Origin: Lama guanicoe | Lineage: Eukaryota | Assembly: GCA_013239625.1 (NCBI GenBank) | Contig: MU053513.1 | Coordinates: forward strand, 2,220,927-2,284,926 | Direction: 5' to 3' | DNA length: 64,000 nucleotides | Shown: in pieces, positions 27,060-40,259 of the stretch | Layout: every line of letters begins with the position of its first letter | How positions within the stretch are numbered: position 1 is the first letter of the stretch | Translations under genes and position numbers: made by a program | Notes under the pieces: generated by a model | Seen by the model: the letters and a program-made list of their open reading frames with translations, nothing else | Told to the model about the DNA's origin: nothing | Database searches by the model: none

Positions 27060-27290
27060 AGAATGTAGTAGTGGGTGGAAAGTGTGTGGGCTTTGAAATC
27101 AAATCTCATTTCTGCTTACCAGCCATGCAACTTTGGGCAAGTGATCTGACCTCGCTGGATTTCTTTTAGAATGGAGACAGTAATAGCCCTCCCAGGATTG
27201 TTGTGATTTAATGAGAATGAAGTATCTGAAAGGGCTGCAGCACAGTGCCTGTCACACTGTAAACTCAACAAATATTTGTTTCCATCATCC
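27060..27290 (+). mobile_element. MIR SINE
   Basis: actttgggcaagtgatctgacctc ... gcacagtgcctgtcaca ... ctcaacaaata. Confidence 0.75.
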
Positions 27291-29044
27291 TGTAATCTTA
27301 CCTTGTTTTCATTTTTCCATAACTTCTAATCTTATTTTTTATAATCTGATTAAAATATGAAATCCAAATTTGTTAATTTGGGTAAAATATTATAGTAGAT
27401 GCCTACACAATTTAATATGGAATGGTTAAATCAAATTCATTTCAGTTAACACCATTATATTGCTTTAAAGATTGTTGAATTATATTTAATTGAGATTTAC
27501 TGTCTTCCAGTTAATTACCCTTTCATTTTGTCTATAATAGTCTCCATTTTGTATTTTCCCTCATTAATTGTTGTCCTGTTGACCTTTATGATCAAATTGA
27601 AAAGCAGAGATGGTGGTAAAATTCTCTTCACCACCAGTGTTGTGTCTGTATTTTATCCTTTGCCAAATAGATTTTTTTTAAAAAAAACTGATAAAAGTGA
27701 TACCTCAGAAGCATAGTCATCCAAGTCTTCTTAATGAAAAGAATATCTAAACTTACTTCTTAAGAATATCTTACTAAATGCCTAGAGGAAATAAGATAAC
27801 CTTTTCACTTTCTTGCCATTTGAGAATAGAGATATATCAGAGAAGGTTTATTAAAGATGTTTTTCAGGCAAAATGTACAATTCAGGCATGGTGGTCAAGT
27901 CCTAGAAAACTGTTCATGGCACTCTAATAAGGTTACATGCAGACTGTAAAAATCTTCTAATAATGTTAAGAAAGATTCCAAGACACTTGTCATAAAAGTA
28001 GATGCAGTAGGGAGACTGATTAAATCAGTAGGGATCATATGGGAAAAATAACAAAAGTAAAATTTCTGTTAAACGTGAGAATATGCGAAGGATTGCATGT
28101 ATTGATTTCCATTATGATGGACCATATTGAATACATCAAGATTAAAACAAATTTTATTCTATATATTTTGACAAAAATAGGTTATAGTCGATCGTAGCGT
28201 TCATTAATGCAACATTCTTTATTTTGACTCTGTGAGTCACCCCAAATGTTTGAGAAATTTAATAACTTATAATTTTGCTAATATAATGCACAGCTTTGAA
28301 TTCCAAGCCTTGAGGCTGGCATGCTTGAGTAAGTCAGTAAACTACTTAGTGGGAAGTTGAGCCATGGAAAACAGTAAGAAAGAGATGAGAATCTTGTCTG
28401 CACAATACTAATTTGAACTCTGACAAGAAAAGGGGAGGGGTGGGTGAGGCATCTCTACTGCTTACCCCTGCCTCTGTTAGTGGAAGAGTGGTTAATATTG
28501 GGGTGTGTTTAGAAGCAGAGATGAAGCAGTCAAGACATACGTGTGGCTACAGGTGCAGACACAGATGGTTAAGAGTGAAAATGGCAGGCTTGGTGTCTGA
28601 AAAGACCTTGGTGAGAGAAGGGCCAGCAGTAGGATGTAATCTCAGTGCCTTTCTGTAGGAAAAGAGTCAGAGGCTTTGGGGAATTGATTGCAGAATGTCT
28701 TGAACATCAGCCTCTGTACCTCTTTGATGTTCTGTTGTCTGATTTTTGCATTTAAGTGGGCACTTAATTTTTTCAGTTATACCTTAGTACATTTAAAGGA
28801 GTGCCCTAGTGCTATTCTTCAATTTGAGAGTTAGCTACAGCCTCTGGATGGTTCCATTTAGAATTTCAAGGGCCTGTTTTATGTTATTTGCCAAAATATT
28901 GAACAGCAATAATGAGTGCATGCATTCAACTTAATTACTTGAGTTGATTAATTAATCAATATAAAACAGATCATTAAATTCTTTCAAACGCTAGTTCACA
29001 TTAATGATAATGCAGAATTATTACAAGGAAATGTTCATGTCAAA

Positions 29045-29265
29045 CAAACTGGATTTGAACCCAAAGTCCACTACTTATTAGCTGTGTGACCTGGGACATG
29101 TACTTAACTTCTTTGTGCCTCAGTTTCATAACCTGTAAAACAGGGATGGTAATAATATATATCTTGGAAACAATATATGAGATAATGCCTGTAATGTGCT
29201 TGTTTTATTAATGTAGTGCTGGAGATATTCCATTTGCTCAATAAATGTTAGTTATTACTTGTGTT
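29045..29265 (+). mobile_element. MIR/MIRb SINE
   Basis: MIR core ctacttattagctgtgtgacctggg ... tgcctcagtttcataacctgtaaaacaggg. Confidence 0.85.
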
Positions 29266-32200
29266 ATACTAAACCACATGTGACGTTAAATATATGAGCC
29301 TGTCGCTACCTAGCTCGACCCTTATGTAAATGTCTGCTGCTGTTGACTTCCTGTCTCTGCAGTGCAATTTTATTTTTGAGTCTTATTTCTAATAATGTAA
29401 GTACAGAATATCTGGCATAATATTGTTTAGTAATGCCAATTGTTTGACATTTGGCAAATTGAAAGTAATTCAGAAAAACTTGATGGTCCAGCACCTGTGG
29501 CTAGCAGATTTGTTATAATTAGTTTCATAGTGTATTGGTGGTGAGATTTATTAACTTGGTGATTCTTCAAGACATGGAAGAAGAGGAAGAAGAAAAACCT
29601 AAAAGGAAATTACCCCCCGGCATCAAGCTAGCAATTATATTGCAAAGTTTGTTGAATTTGCTTGGTCCATTAGTGATGATATTACTGCAGAAGCAATAAC
29701 CCACAGAGCATTCTGAATAATTTATGTTGGGGGGAAAAAAAGCAACACCTGTAAGCAGAAATCCAGGTATTTAAGAGAGCATCAAAGATCTCTGTGTTCC
29801 TCAAGTCTCCTGCTGCTTTAATGTCAGCTACTATTCTAGATTGGGATGGTGATGTTGAAGAGAAGCTGGGTGTAGCTCTGGTAGTTAAAGATGCTCTAGG
29901 ATAGCATGGCTATAGAATGCATAGCAGTTTTAAGGGAATGGCTTAAAAGCACTTTGACCAATACAGTAATTTATTTAAATTTCATTCAGTGAAAAATTTT
30001 TATTATGGTAATACCAACCTTTTATAAATGAAAGGTTATGCTTTTTGAAGCTTCATACTCTAATGGTCAAGGGCGGCGAAAGATTATTTATCTATTTAAA
30101 ATGTTTTCTTTTTTTAAGTTTTTTAACCCATTGGTTACTGGTTCCTGACTGGGCCAAGAGAAATTTTCAGAGAAGAGGGTAAAAAAAGGCTGAGCAGCCC
30201 TGATGCAGGGCTTACCTATTCCTTCACTGTTAGGGAAACATAATGATGGGAGAGTATTTATTTTAAACCATTTTTCCTTCACATGTGTTTCTCAAATTGG
30301 GTTTCATGCCTTCTGTTTTGAGAAGTTTTAAAATTTCATTTTTGTGTTGATCTTTAAAATCTGTTTAAGCATGATCAGGGGGTTCTATTAGATCAGACAC
30401 GAAATAGTGGTAAGGGAAGAAGATATTAGTTTCTTTATTATTATTTTAATCTATGAAGGAAAAACATGTTTCACTAATATTTATTATATATTTAAAGTAG
30501 CAGATATATATGACTTACAAATTAGTGGATGTGTATGGTTGTGCCTTCACTTTTTTTTTTAACTAACAGGAATTCATGATTTAAAAAATGTGGCAACTAT
30601 TTACAAAAATAACTACTCTATTTGTTTCAAACCCGGTTTGAACTTTGTAAAATTCAAGTGCTCACTTTTTCTTTTGGTTTTGTGTTGAGGGAAGGCCATA
30701 TTACCATGTACTTTGCTGTGTGATGTAGGTTTTGCAGGGCCTTGAATAGAGTGAAGTGTGAGAGTTGAGTCATCACACATGGTAGTATAGGATTCCCAAA
30801 GTGCGAGAATATCATATTCCTTTGTCAGTTAAATATATTTGAGGAATTTTTGTCTTAATTTTTAAAAGATGACAAAGCAACTTGATAGCGTTATTCATAG
30901 GAACCTAGTAGTATGTCTTCAATGTAGGGGTTTTTTTTTGGTCTTGATTCTAGCAGTGATTGATTTGATACTCAGGGAAGACTTAAATAACTGTTGTGAA
31001 GCTAACCTGATATTCAAGTGAAAAAGACAGTTTCAGGAGGCAGCAAGTTAAATCTCATGATAAATGGTGTTCAAAGAATATTTGTTGGCAAAGGCTTAGT
31101 TAAATATAAAATCTCATTATCCTGAACAGTAAACAGAGCCTGGAAGTTATGAATTGCATTTTGTGCGACATACTTTTGCAAACAGACATTTTTCTACATC
31201 ATCAAATTGTATTGTAGTGTCAAAATATAGGAAAAAAATGGAGTGTAGAACCAGGCCTGAAGTTCTCTCTTTCTCCTGTTAAGTACAACAACAGTCATTT
31301 AGTTTTAGCAAAATAACATCATCATTCAAATCAAATTAATATTCTTAGAGTATTATTAGTTTGATAGTTCTGTTAGAATCTAATTTATAATTTTGTATTT
31401 TTTGTAGTTTTTTTAAGTATTATTATACAAATAACTTAACACTTGGACAAAGTGAGAATTTCCTTTTTCTCCAGAAAACAGTTCCAAATATTTCTTAACT
31501 TTCAGAAACTGCATTAGAATATATTGTTGGATTTCTAAACCTTTGAAATTCAGTCTGTTTTCTGTTTATTATCTACAAATATAATGATTTTTCAGTGATA
31601 ATATTGATCATGTTAACCAAAAGTTATAGAACTTATATTGAAGCTCAAAATTTTATGTAGGAAAAATGTTGATTGAATTTATAATTTTAAGCTGAAATGA
31701 CTATTTCTTTATGAAATTGACATTATATAGATATTAAAAAATTATTTAATTTCATGGAATGAAATTAACTTTAAATAAAAAACTTGACCTAAAGGAATAT
31801 TATTTTTATATTAAGATTTAGAGCTCAGTTCAGTCTTGTTTAATAGTGGCTTATAAAGAAAAATATGACTGATAATAATTTAATGTAAATCATTTTAAGT
31901 TATTAAAAAGAGAAGATACTTTCCATTCTAAGAGGAATAACTTTCATCATTTCTGTGAGTATGAATCAGTAACAGCTGAAGATCTGATCTTTGAATGTGG
32001 CAGGGTTGGAACCCTTTCAAAATAGAAACCTCGCCAATTTTCAAGAAAAATCACAGTGTTTCAATTTTGAACTTTAATGTATTTGGAACATATGCAGCAG
32101 AACATTTTCTTCTTACTATCTCTTGCCAAGTAAATTACGTATGCCGCATTAGTTTTTCCCGTATGTTTGGGAAAGTGTATGGTAGAATAAAGAATTGCCT

Positions 32201-32299
32201 GACTCTTGTTCACCAGTTTTAATGATAAGATCAGGATGAGGAGTATTTAAAAGAGACTTTGTAATTTTCTCTGAAAGGAAATATATACAAAAATGAAAA

Positions 32300-32910
32300 T
32301 ATTTCATTCACTCAGTGAATGTTTATTGAATACCTACTATATGCCAGGCTCTGTTACTAAGCCTGAGTGATACCGTGAACAGGACAAATAAAGCCCCTGC
32401 CTCAGAGAAGTGCTTATGTTCTACTGGAGGTGGTGGTGGGAGATGAGGATTTCAGATTTGTAAATGACCTGTAGGAGGTAAAACATGTAGTGAGAATAGA
32501 GTACCTTAGGTGAGATTGGAATGATGTGAAGATTTGGGAGGAAAGAAGTCTAAATATTTGGTCAGTAGCCCCTAATTGGGAAAGCCTTGGCATATTCCTG
32601 GAACAGAAAGGAGGCCAGTGTGGAAGGAGCATAGTGAACATGGGTGGTAGGGGCTGAAGTTAGAGAGATAGACAGAGACCACATTGAGCCTTTTAGACCT
32701 TGTAAGGAGTTTCTGTTTTCCTCTAATTATGATGGAGCGTCCTTGGCGAGTTTTAAGTGAGAAAGTTTAATGACTTGGCTTATTTAAGGAAGATCACTCT
32801 GATAGCTGTAAGAGAATGAACAAGAGGGTGAGAGTTGGAAGCAGGAAGCATCTAGTCCACCATCATCTAGAGATGATGGTGTTAGGGAGATGGAGTGGAG
32901 CCAGTGAGGA
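32300..32910 (-). mobile_element. L2 LINE 3' region
   Basis: tcattcactcagtgaatgtttattgaatacctactatatgccaggc ... aaggaagatcactctg. Confidence 0.85.
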
Positions 32911-33413
32911 ATGATTGCACTGGAGATGTGTTCCTGTGGTGCAGTGATTGTACTTGTTGATTGATTGCATGTTTTCATACTTAAGCATTTGAGATTCTGA
33001 AAATTAAATTCTTTGGAATATCATAGTTTAACTCTAAGTCTTGAGAGTGTCAAATATTACTAAAATTTAAAAAAATCTTTGGGGAAACAGTGTAGCTCTT
33101 TCTCTGTCAGCTTAGCTTCCCTTTGCTGTATGGCATAAAGTATGCTCTTTTGGGGAAAAAATTTCAGTTAGTAATTTAAAGTTCTGTCGATCAGTTCATG
33201 CCAGATTGTTCTAATTTCTCTACTCTAAAACTTATACTGCATAAGGATATGAAAAAAATAATTAAAGCTTTTAAAATATGTACTCAGTAATTACTCTGAG
33301 TTATTTTTTAATAAAAGAATGTGCATAGTTATTACATAATATAAATAAAATGTATCTTTTAAATTTTTTGATTTTATTTAGTGTATTTACTGAAAAAAAT
33401 TTTTTTTTCCTAG

Positions 33414-33549
33414 TCACATTGTTCTGATGCTTGCAGATGATATGGCATGCAACCCTAGAAATCCTAAACCAGCTACAGTGTTCAGTCACAAGAATATGGA
33501 ACTGAATGTGTATGGAGATGATGTGGAAGTAGATTATAGAAGTTATGAG
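33414..33549 (+). CDS. PIGK: PIGK coding exon 4 (contains Cys92, codon 33448-33450, the PIGT disulfide partner)
   Basis: ttcctag|T CAC..., (S)[45 protein letters not shown], donor GAG|gtaaat. Confidence 0.97.
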
Positions 33550-34462
33550 GTAAATTCTTCAGTTTAGCCACACTTTAGAAATGTAGTTGTTACTTTTAAG
33601 CTCTAAAATAGTGGTAGAATAAGTCTTATACTTTTTCTTTAAACTTTATACATGAATGTCACTTAAGCCTAGATACTATTCTGTTTCTAGAGTTCATATT
33701 AAGGAAACTATTTGAGTAAAACTCTCACAACATGAACATTTCATAAATGTATCTAGGATAGAACAACTGTGTCTTGGCTTCTGTATTAGAACATTTTACT
33801 GAAGTTTAATGTATCAACTTTCTTTTCTAGAAAATGTATTGTTCATTTTTCATATTTGGTCTAAAATCTCAAGTTTTGTATTTTTAGTAAATACATTAAT
33901 TGAGGAAATATAAAAATGACTAACAGTACTTAGAGGTAATCACTTTTAATATGCTTCCAGAGTTTATGTGTATATGGTTAAAGATAAAAATGTAAATTTG
34001 AAAAAATGGCATATTTTCTCCCTTTGAGACTTTATTTTAAATTTAAGATTGTATGTTTAAAATTTAAAGTTTTCCTTGATGAAATCTTCCTCTAGAATCC
34101 TTCCCTTTTTACCAAGCCTCTCAAAAGAGACACAGTTTCTTAATGTTTCTAGACCTGTTTTGAAGCAGTTTTAAAAATATGTCTTCTCCCAGGCTGTAAG
34201 CTCCTTGAAAACATGGTCTGTATCTTGCGTTTCTTATACCTAGCAAGTACCTATAGCCCTAAGAAGGCGCTCAGAAATGTTTTTTCAACAATTAAGTGTA
34301 TGTGAATGTTGGACTTTTTACTTGTTTATTTAATCATTGTAAAATATAGATCAAAAGTTTCCCTTCCTTGTTAGCCGACAAGAAATTCTCTTAAAACATT
34401 TAGCATTTTGCTATCTTCAAGAAAAAAGTGTAAAGCAAACAGCTTAAACTTGTGCTCATGCC

Positions 34463-34512
34463 CACACACACACACACACACACAGACACACACACACACA
34501 CACACACACACA
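34463..34512. repeat. (CA)n microsatellite, one interruption
   Basis: About 25 CA units, read directly. Confidence 0.95.
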
Positions 34513-35267
34513 TTTACATACTCATGATCTAGGGAAAAGTCGAACAAGAAAGCTGGATAGATTTTCTGCTTTTTAAATTTAGATCTGTATGATATAACGT
34601 CAAATTTGTATTATACATCCAAGACTTTAAATATCTTTCAAGGAATTCCAGATGTCTGGAAATTCCTGGTTGGGAAAACTGGTTTACAGTGTTACGAATT
34701 TTTTACATGTTAAAGTTACCCCTAATGAAATTTAAGTAACAAAATGCATTAAAAAAAATCAAAGATGCATAATGTGGGGATTATTTATAGATCTATCCTT
34801 ATGGTTTTATTTTTAGGATTTATTATGGACTTGTCTTTCATTGTTAATCTAGAATTGACTAAGTAGTTGTACATATTAATTGCAGTAGTTATAATGCTGA
34901 ATTTATAACTGTATTTTTTGTATTTTCCCAAGGAATTGCCTGCAAAGACAGATTAACAATTTTTAAGTTTTTGGCAATACTTTGTATAGCATTTAAACTT
35001 TAAATTTATAATTAATTTATTTTTCTTCAAGGTAGTTTTTAAATGTTAGTTTTTAGTATTTTTTAAAAAATGGAAACAAAATTATTTTGAGGTATATATT
35101 TAAATAAATATATTTTAATCGAATTATATTTCTCTTTGAGTTTTATATTCAGTTTATGCTGAGTAATACATAGAGAAGGAAGAAGGAATGTTTTTGAAAG
35201 TAAAAAAAAAAAAATTATCAAGCTTCCCAAAGTTCTATTTTATCTAATTTCTAGTTTTTTTTTTCAG

Positions 35268-35379
35268 GTAACTGTGGAGAATTTTTTACGGGTGTTAACT
35301 GGGAGGATCCCATCTAGTACTCCTCGTTCAAAACGTCTTCTTTCTGATGATAGGAGCAATATTCTTATTTATATGACAG
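35268..35379 (+). CDS. PIGK: PIGK coding exon 5
   Basis: T10cag|GTA..., VTVENFLRVLTGRIPSSTPRSKRLLSDDRSNILIYMT plus G, donor CAG|gtattt. Confidence 0.97.
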
Positions 35380-35429
35380 GTATTTACAGAATTTCGGTGT
35401 TTATGATAAATATGAAGATAAAAATGCTG

Positions 35430-35960
35430 ATAGTTAGTATTTATTGAGGCTTACTGTACATCAGACAATATTCTTAATCATTGTCTGTATTAATTCATTT
35501 CATCCTCACAGCAGTCTGAAGAAGGTGCTGATGATCATATATGGTTGTATGGGTTGCACACTGCACATAAGTGGCTAGGGGTGAGAGTGGGAGCTGAGGT
35601 CTGGTATATGCTTACAATTACTCAGCTGTGTGCCCTGCCACAGAGTCGTGACTAATGTGAGAGAGATTTTATTTTTCCCCCACAAAGGTATAGGCACTAA
35701 CCATTTTTAAACTCATAGGACTGCATATTTTCAGAACGAGCACAGAAATAGAGAGATTTTTCTACTTTGATACCCAGTAGGAGGTACTTTTAAAAAATCT
35801 GCATAAGGGAGCTATATAGGCATGGTAACGATGGTCTTGCTGACAGATTTCTCACTTTACAGCTGAGGAAACTGAGTCATAGAAAAATTCAGTTAGTTGC
35901 GTAAGATAACACAGTCATTAAGTGGTAAAGCTAGCATTTAAATCCAGACAGACTGGCTTT
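35430..35960 (-). mobile_element. MIR split by a hAT-Tip100-like (MER91-like) insertion at ~35530-35840
   Basis: MIR halves (tttattgaggcttactgt...tcctcacagc and actttacagctgaggaaactgag) flank a block beginning tatggttgtatgggttgcacactgcaca. The family of the insert is tentative. Confidence 0.55.
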
Positions 35961-36467
35961 ATCATGCATTTTAAATGTCATCATCATCTGGTCAACTCTT
36001 ACGGGTTGATGGTAGTAGAGACATCCATTTTTAGGTGAGATCTGCACTTCCTAGTGGTCTAGCATTTCACGTAAACACTGTGAACAGTGCTACTTACCGT
36101 GGTACTAGCCAGTGTCTTCAGCTTCTTTCTCACCAAAAATGTTTGTCTGGTATTTGAGAAATTTTTACCTATGGAAACTCATTTCTGACAGAATAATGGA
36201 GCTGGTGAAAAGCATAAACGTACTTTTCTAAAACTGAATGATAGAAAAACTCTTAAATATATCTATTTTTTACGCAGTCTATCTATTCTCTTTTTAATTA
36301 ATTGGTAAAGCAGAAAATGAAATTGAATTTGTTGTTACAGTACTTTAAGGTATGAAATAACAAGCGATATTAAAATACTGTCATGAATGAAGTGAATGTT
36401 TAGATCTGGATGTATGTAATTTGCATTAAAAATGTGTCTATTTCATCTTTTTGATTCTTCCTATAAG

Positions 36468-36564
36468 GACATGGTGGAAATGGTTTCTTGAAATTTCAAG
36501 ATTCTGAAGAAATAACCAACATAGAACTTGCAGATGCTTTTGAACAAATGTGGCAGAAAAGACG
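36468..36564 (+). CDS. PIGK: PIGK coding exon 6 (catalytic His164, codon 36470-36472)
   Basis: ctataag|GA CAT..., (G)HGGNGFLKFQDSEEITNIELADAFEQMWQKR plus CG, donor ACG|gtaatt. Confidence 0.97.
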
Positions 36565-37419
36565 GTAATTGACCAATGACTACTTTTCTTATGAAAATTA
36601 AATTAGTACCTAATTTTTCCATGGTTAGTAGATTTATAAATCTTATTTTATGAGATTTAAACTTATTTTAATAAGTTATTTCTTCTGCCTGTAGATTTGT
36701 TTGTTATTTCTACTGAAATGAATTGTTTTTTAAACTTTTGTTTAGCAATTGCATATTACAGCAATAGTTTTATTGTATTTTATGAAAGTATGAACTGAAT
36801 TCTTTTTAAAAGAAAAATTTGGGTTTCTTAAAGAACATGAAAGAAAGTTCACTTTTTGAGGTAATACTTTGTTACTTCTCATCGTTTTTGGAGGAAATAA
36901 GAGTTTTACCAACCAAACTCCCCATTATTTAGGGGGGTTATGAACATGTGTTTATTTTTCATCTTGTACTTCTTACCTTTTGCACATTCTTGGGTCCTCC
37001 ATGTGATAGCAGTACATGATTTCTTCTTTGAAAAAAAATACTGAATTTAGTATAAAATTTGTAACAACTCACATTAAGGATGATATATTGTTAGTAATCT
37101 GTGTTAAGCACCGTTGAAAGTTGAAAGTTGAAGGTAATTGTTGAAAGTTATCATATGAACTTAAGTGAATTTAAAGTAGCAGTTGAACTGCCTTTAACTT
37201 GATACCTTCAATAAATACAGCTTACCTTCTAAACATGTGGCACAGAGGGCAGTATGATGCTTATTGTGCCTTCAGATTATTTAAAATCTAATGGAAAACA
37301 AACATATATACACAACTATGCTACAAATTAAATATTCTAAATGCTGAATTATAAGCATAAGCAGACTGTACAGAAGTGTTGAGGAAGTGTTTGCTTGGTA
37401 CTGGTTTTATTTTATTCAT

Positions 37420-37660
37420 AGCTTACATTTATTGAATGTATCCTAGGAGCTGGATATTGTATTATACATGTATTATTTTGTTTAATTTTAATAACAATTG
37501 CATGATTCAAATACTATTTTTATTCCCATTTTTACAAATGTGTAAACTAAGGCACAGATAGGTTAAGTAACTGGCCCAACTGCACAGCTCGTGAGCACTG
37601 GCACTAGAGTTCATGTCAAAGTGGTCCCATCCCAGAGCTTATGCTCATAATTGTGCTGCT
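37420..37660 (-). mobile_element. MIR SINE
   Basis: cccatttttacaaatgtgtaaactaaggcacagataggttaagtaactggccca. Confidence 0.85.
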
Positions 37661-37899
37661 TCTCATAGCTTCAGAGTTTCTGATCCCAGGGGTACCCACA
37701 GATTTTTGGCTTAGAACGGATGTCATATTAATTGTGCCTTCTATCACCTGCTTAGGTATTACTGCTTATGATTCCGTGCTTTCTTTTCTCGGTGCAGCGT
37801 TAGCTGTTTACCGAGATCCAATATCTGAGAGATAGCTTCTGAGAAAACGTTATCTGCTCCCCATTTTCACCTTCACTAGCTAGGCAGCTCATTCTAAAA

Positions 37900-38530
37900 T
37901 GCAGAGCTAATTATGTTATTCTTTCACTTAAAAAAAGCCTTTGATGTCTTCTTCAGACTTATAGGATAAGATCCAGACTTTTTACAATGTAATTTACAGG
38001 TCTGCCTTCCCCTTTTGAAACTAATTTCTCTCCATTTCTTCAAATTAACTGTATCCAAGCTACACTGTACTATTCCTTTTCCCCTAAGAGTTATACTTTT
38101 TTTTTTTACATTTAGGTGCCTTAATACAGGCTTTTCCCCCTGCTGGAATGTGCTATTCCCTTTCTTAGATAAAGTAACACTCACCCTTCATTGCCCTTGT
38201 CAGATCTCACCTTCCCCTGACCTGCCTTTCTTTACAGTTCTCTCTGTTCCTTTCTCAGTGCTCTCGGAGCACTCTGACTTTGTCAGACTCTAAGCTCTGT
38301 GAGGGCAAGGACTATTGTATCCCCAGCTCAGTGTCAGGCACATTGTAGGCCCTCAATAAATATTTGTAACACTCATCACATTCCAATTTAGTTATATGTT
38401 TGTGTCTGTCTTCTATTTAGATTTTAAGATATTTGAGTATGGTGACTAAGTCACATATGTATATTCTCCTGAACCTGGCTCAATTTCTAGGATGGCATGG
38501 GTGCTAGATTAGTGTTTATTGAATTGAATA
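37900..38530 (+). mobile_element. L2 fragments
   Basis: aagctctgtgagggcaaggac ... ggcacattgtaggccctcaataaatatttg. Confidence 0.75.
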
Positions 38531-38818
38531 TTCATTTGGATTCTGAATCGTGGCATAGATAAGAAAGGGGGAAAGAGTTGGGGCAGCCACTTTGTGGCAC
38601 AGTCACTGTGTTCTACTGAGGTGGTTTCCCTGGACAGGATTATACCTTTAATTTTTCTAGGATCAAATATGTGTTGTGAATTCTACAGAAAAATCTCAAG
38701 TTTTTAGCTAGTGAAATGATACATGATTTAAACATGTTGTAGAAGTATTATAAAAATATTAATCAGTGTGTGATTAACAGCATGGTTTATGTCAAGGATG
38801 TTATCACTTTTCTTTCAG

Positions 38819-38936
38819 CTACAATGAGCTACTGTTTATTATTGATACTTGTCAAGGAGCGTCTATGTATGAGAGATTTTATTCTCCTAACATAATGGCT
38901 CTAGCTAGTAGCCAAGTGGGAGAAGATTCGCTCTCG
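38819..38936 (+). CDS. PIGK: PIGK coding exon 7 (catalytic Cys206, codon 38850-38852)
   Basis: tttcag|C TAC..., (R)YNELLFIIDTCQGASMYERFYSPNIMALASSQVGEDSLS, donor TCG|gtaggt. Confidence 0.97.
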
Positions 38937-39154
38937 GTAGGTGCAGTTTTTTTTCCCCATTTGTAAATGGCATTATCTTTGGAATGTGCAGCTATTTCTG
39001 AAATCACTTGCATGCCTTATGAATACATCTGTTATTTCTTATTCTTAGACTTCTTCATACTTTAGAAGGAAATTTTGATTACAGTGTAAACATTTTATTA
39101 TAATGATGCTCTCTGTTAGACGTATATCTTTTTGTTCCCTTTGCTTTTTCATAG

Positions 39155-39265
39155 CATCAACCTGATCCTGCAATTGGAGTCCATCTTATGGATAGATACA
39201 CATTTTATGTCTTGGAATTTTTGGAGGAAATTAATCCAGCTAGCCAAACGAATATGAATGACCTT
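39155..39265 (+). CDS. PIGK: PIGK coding exon 8
   Basis: catag|CAT..., HQPDPAIGVHLMDRYTFYVLEFLEEINPASQTNMNDL, donor CTT|gtaagt. Confidence 0.97.
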
Positions 39266-39467
39266 GTAAGTATTTGCTTAATTTGATTATAGCACAAAAG
39301 CTATGCTGAATGGTGGCTTTTTAAAGTATTTGCTCATATTTTGTTCCTTACCAGAAATGTACTTTTTTAAGATTCACATATTGAGTTTCTATCTATTCTT
39401 TGGGAGTCGAATCAGATCCTACCTCCTCCAGGAGGCCTTCCCATATTCTTCCCTGTTAGAATTTATG

Positions 39468-40259
39468 TAAGATAAACAGAATTGGCAAACGTTTAGCCAG
39501 TCAGACTCATCAAGAAAAAAAAGCCCAAATCAATAAAATCAGAAATGAAAGAGGAGAAATTACAATCAATACCACAGAAATACGAGGTCATAAGAGAATA
39601 TTATGAACAATTATATGCAAACAAATTAGCCTAGAAGAATTGGATAAATTCCTAGAAATATATAGTCTTCCAAGACTAAATCATGAAGAAATAGAAAATC
39701 TGAATAGACAGATTACTAGTGAAGAAATTGAATCAGTAATAAAAAAAAAAGTCAACAAACAAAAGTCCAGGTCTGGGTTGCTTCACAGGTGATTCTGCCA
39801 AACATTTAAAGAAGTTAATACCTAGCCTTCTCAAATTATTCACCCCCCGAAAAAAATGAAGAAGGAATAACAATTCCAAATTCATTTTATGAGGCTAACA
39901 TTACCCTGACACCAAAACAAAAGAATTGATACTACAAAAAAAGAAAATTACAGGCCAATAACTCTGATGAATATAGATGTAAAAATCCTCAACAAAATAC
40001 TAGCAAACTAAATTCAGCAATACATGAAAAGGATCGTACAGCATGACCAAGTGGAATTCATTCCCGGGATTTGAAGATGGCTTAACATCTGGAAATCAAT
40101 CATTGTGACACATCCTGTTGACAAAATGAAGGCTAAAAATCATAGGATCATTCCAATAGATATGGAAAAAAGCATTTGACACAGTTCAACATCCATTTAT
40201 GATAAAAACTTTCAATAATGTGGGAGTTGAGAGAACATAACTCAGTATAATAAAAGCCC
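39468..40259 (+). mobile_element. L1 ORF2 internal fragment (tower to RT start), no 3' end
   Basis: caataaaatcagaaatgaaagaggagaaattaca, ttacaggccaataactctgatgaatatagatgtaaaaatcctcaacaaaatactagcaaac. Confidence 0.92.

Noticed and set aside
37113..37150. GTTGAAA repeated several times, superficially like a CRISPR repeat end
   Set aside because: Short tandem duplication in mammalian intron DNA, with no spacers or cas genes.
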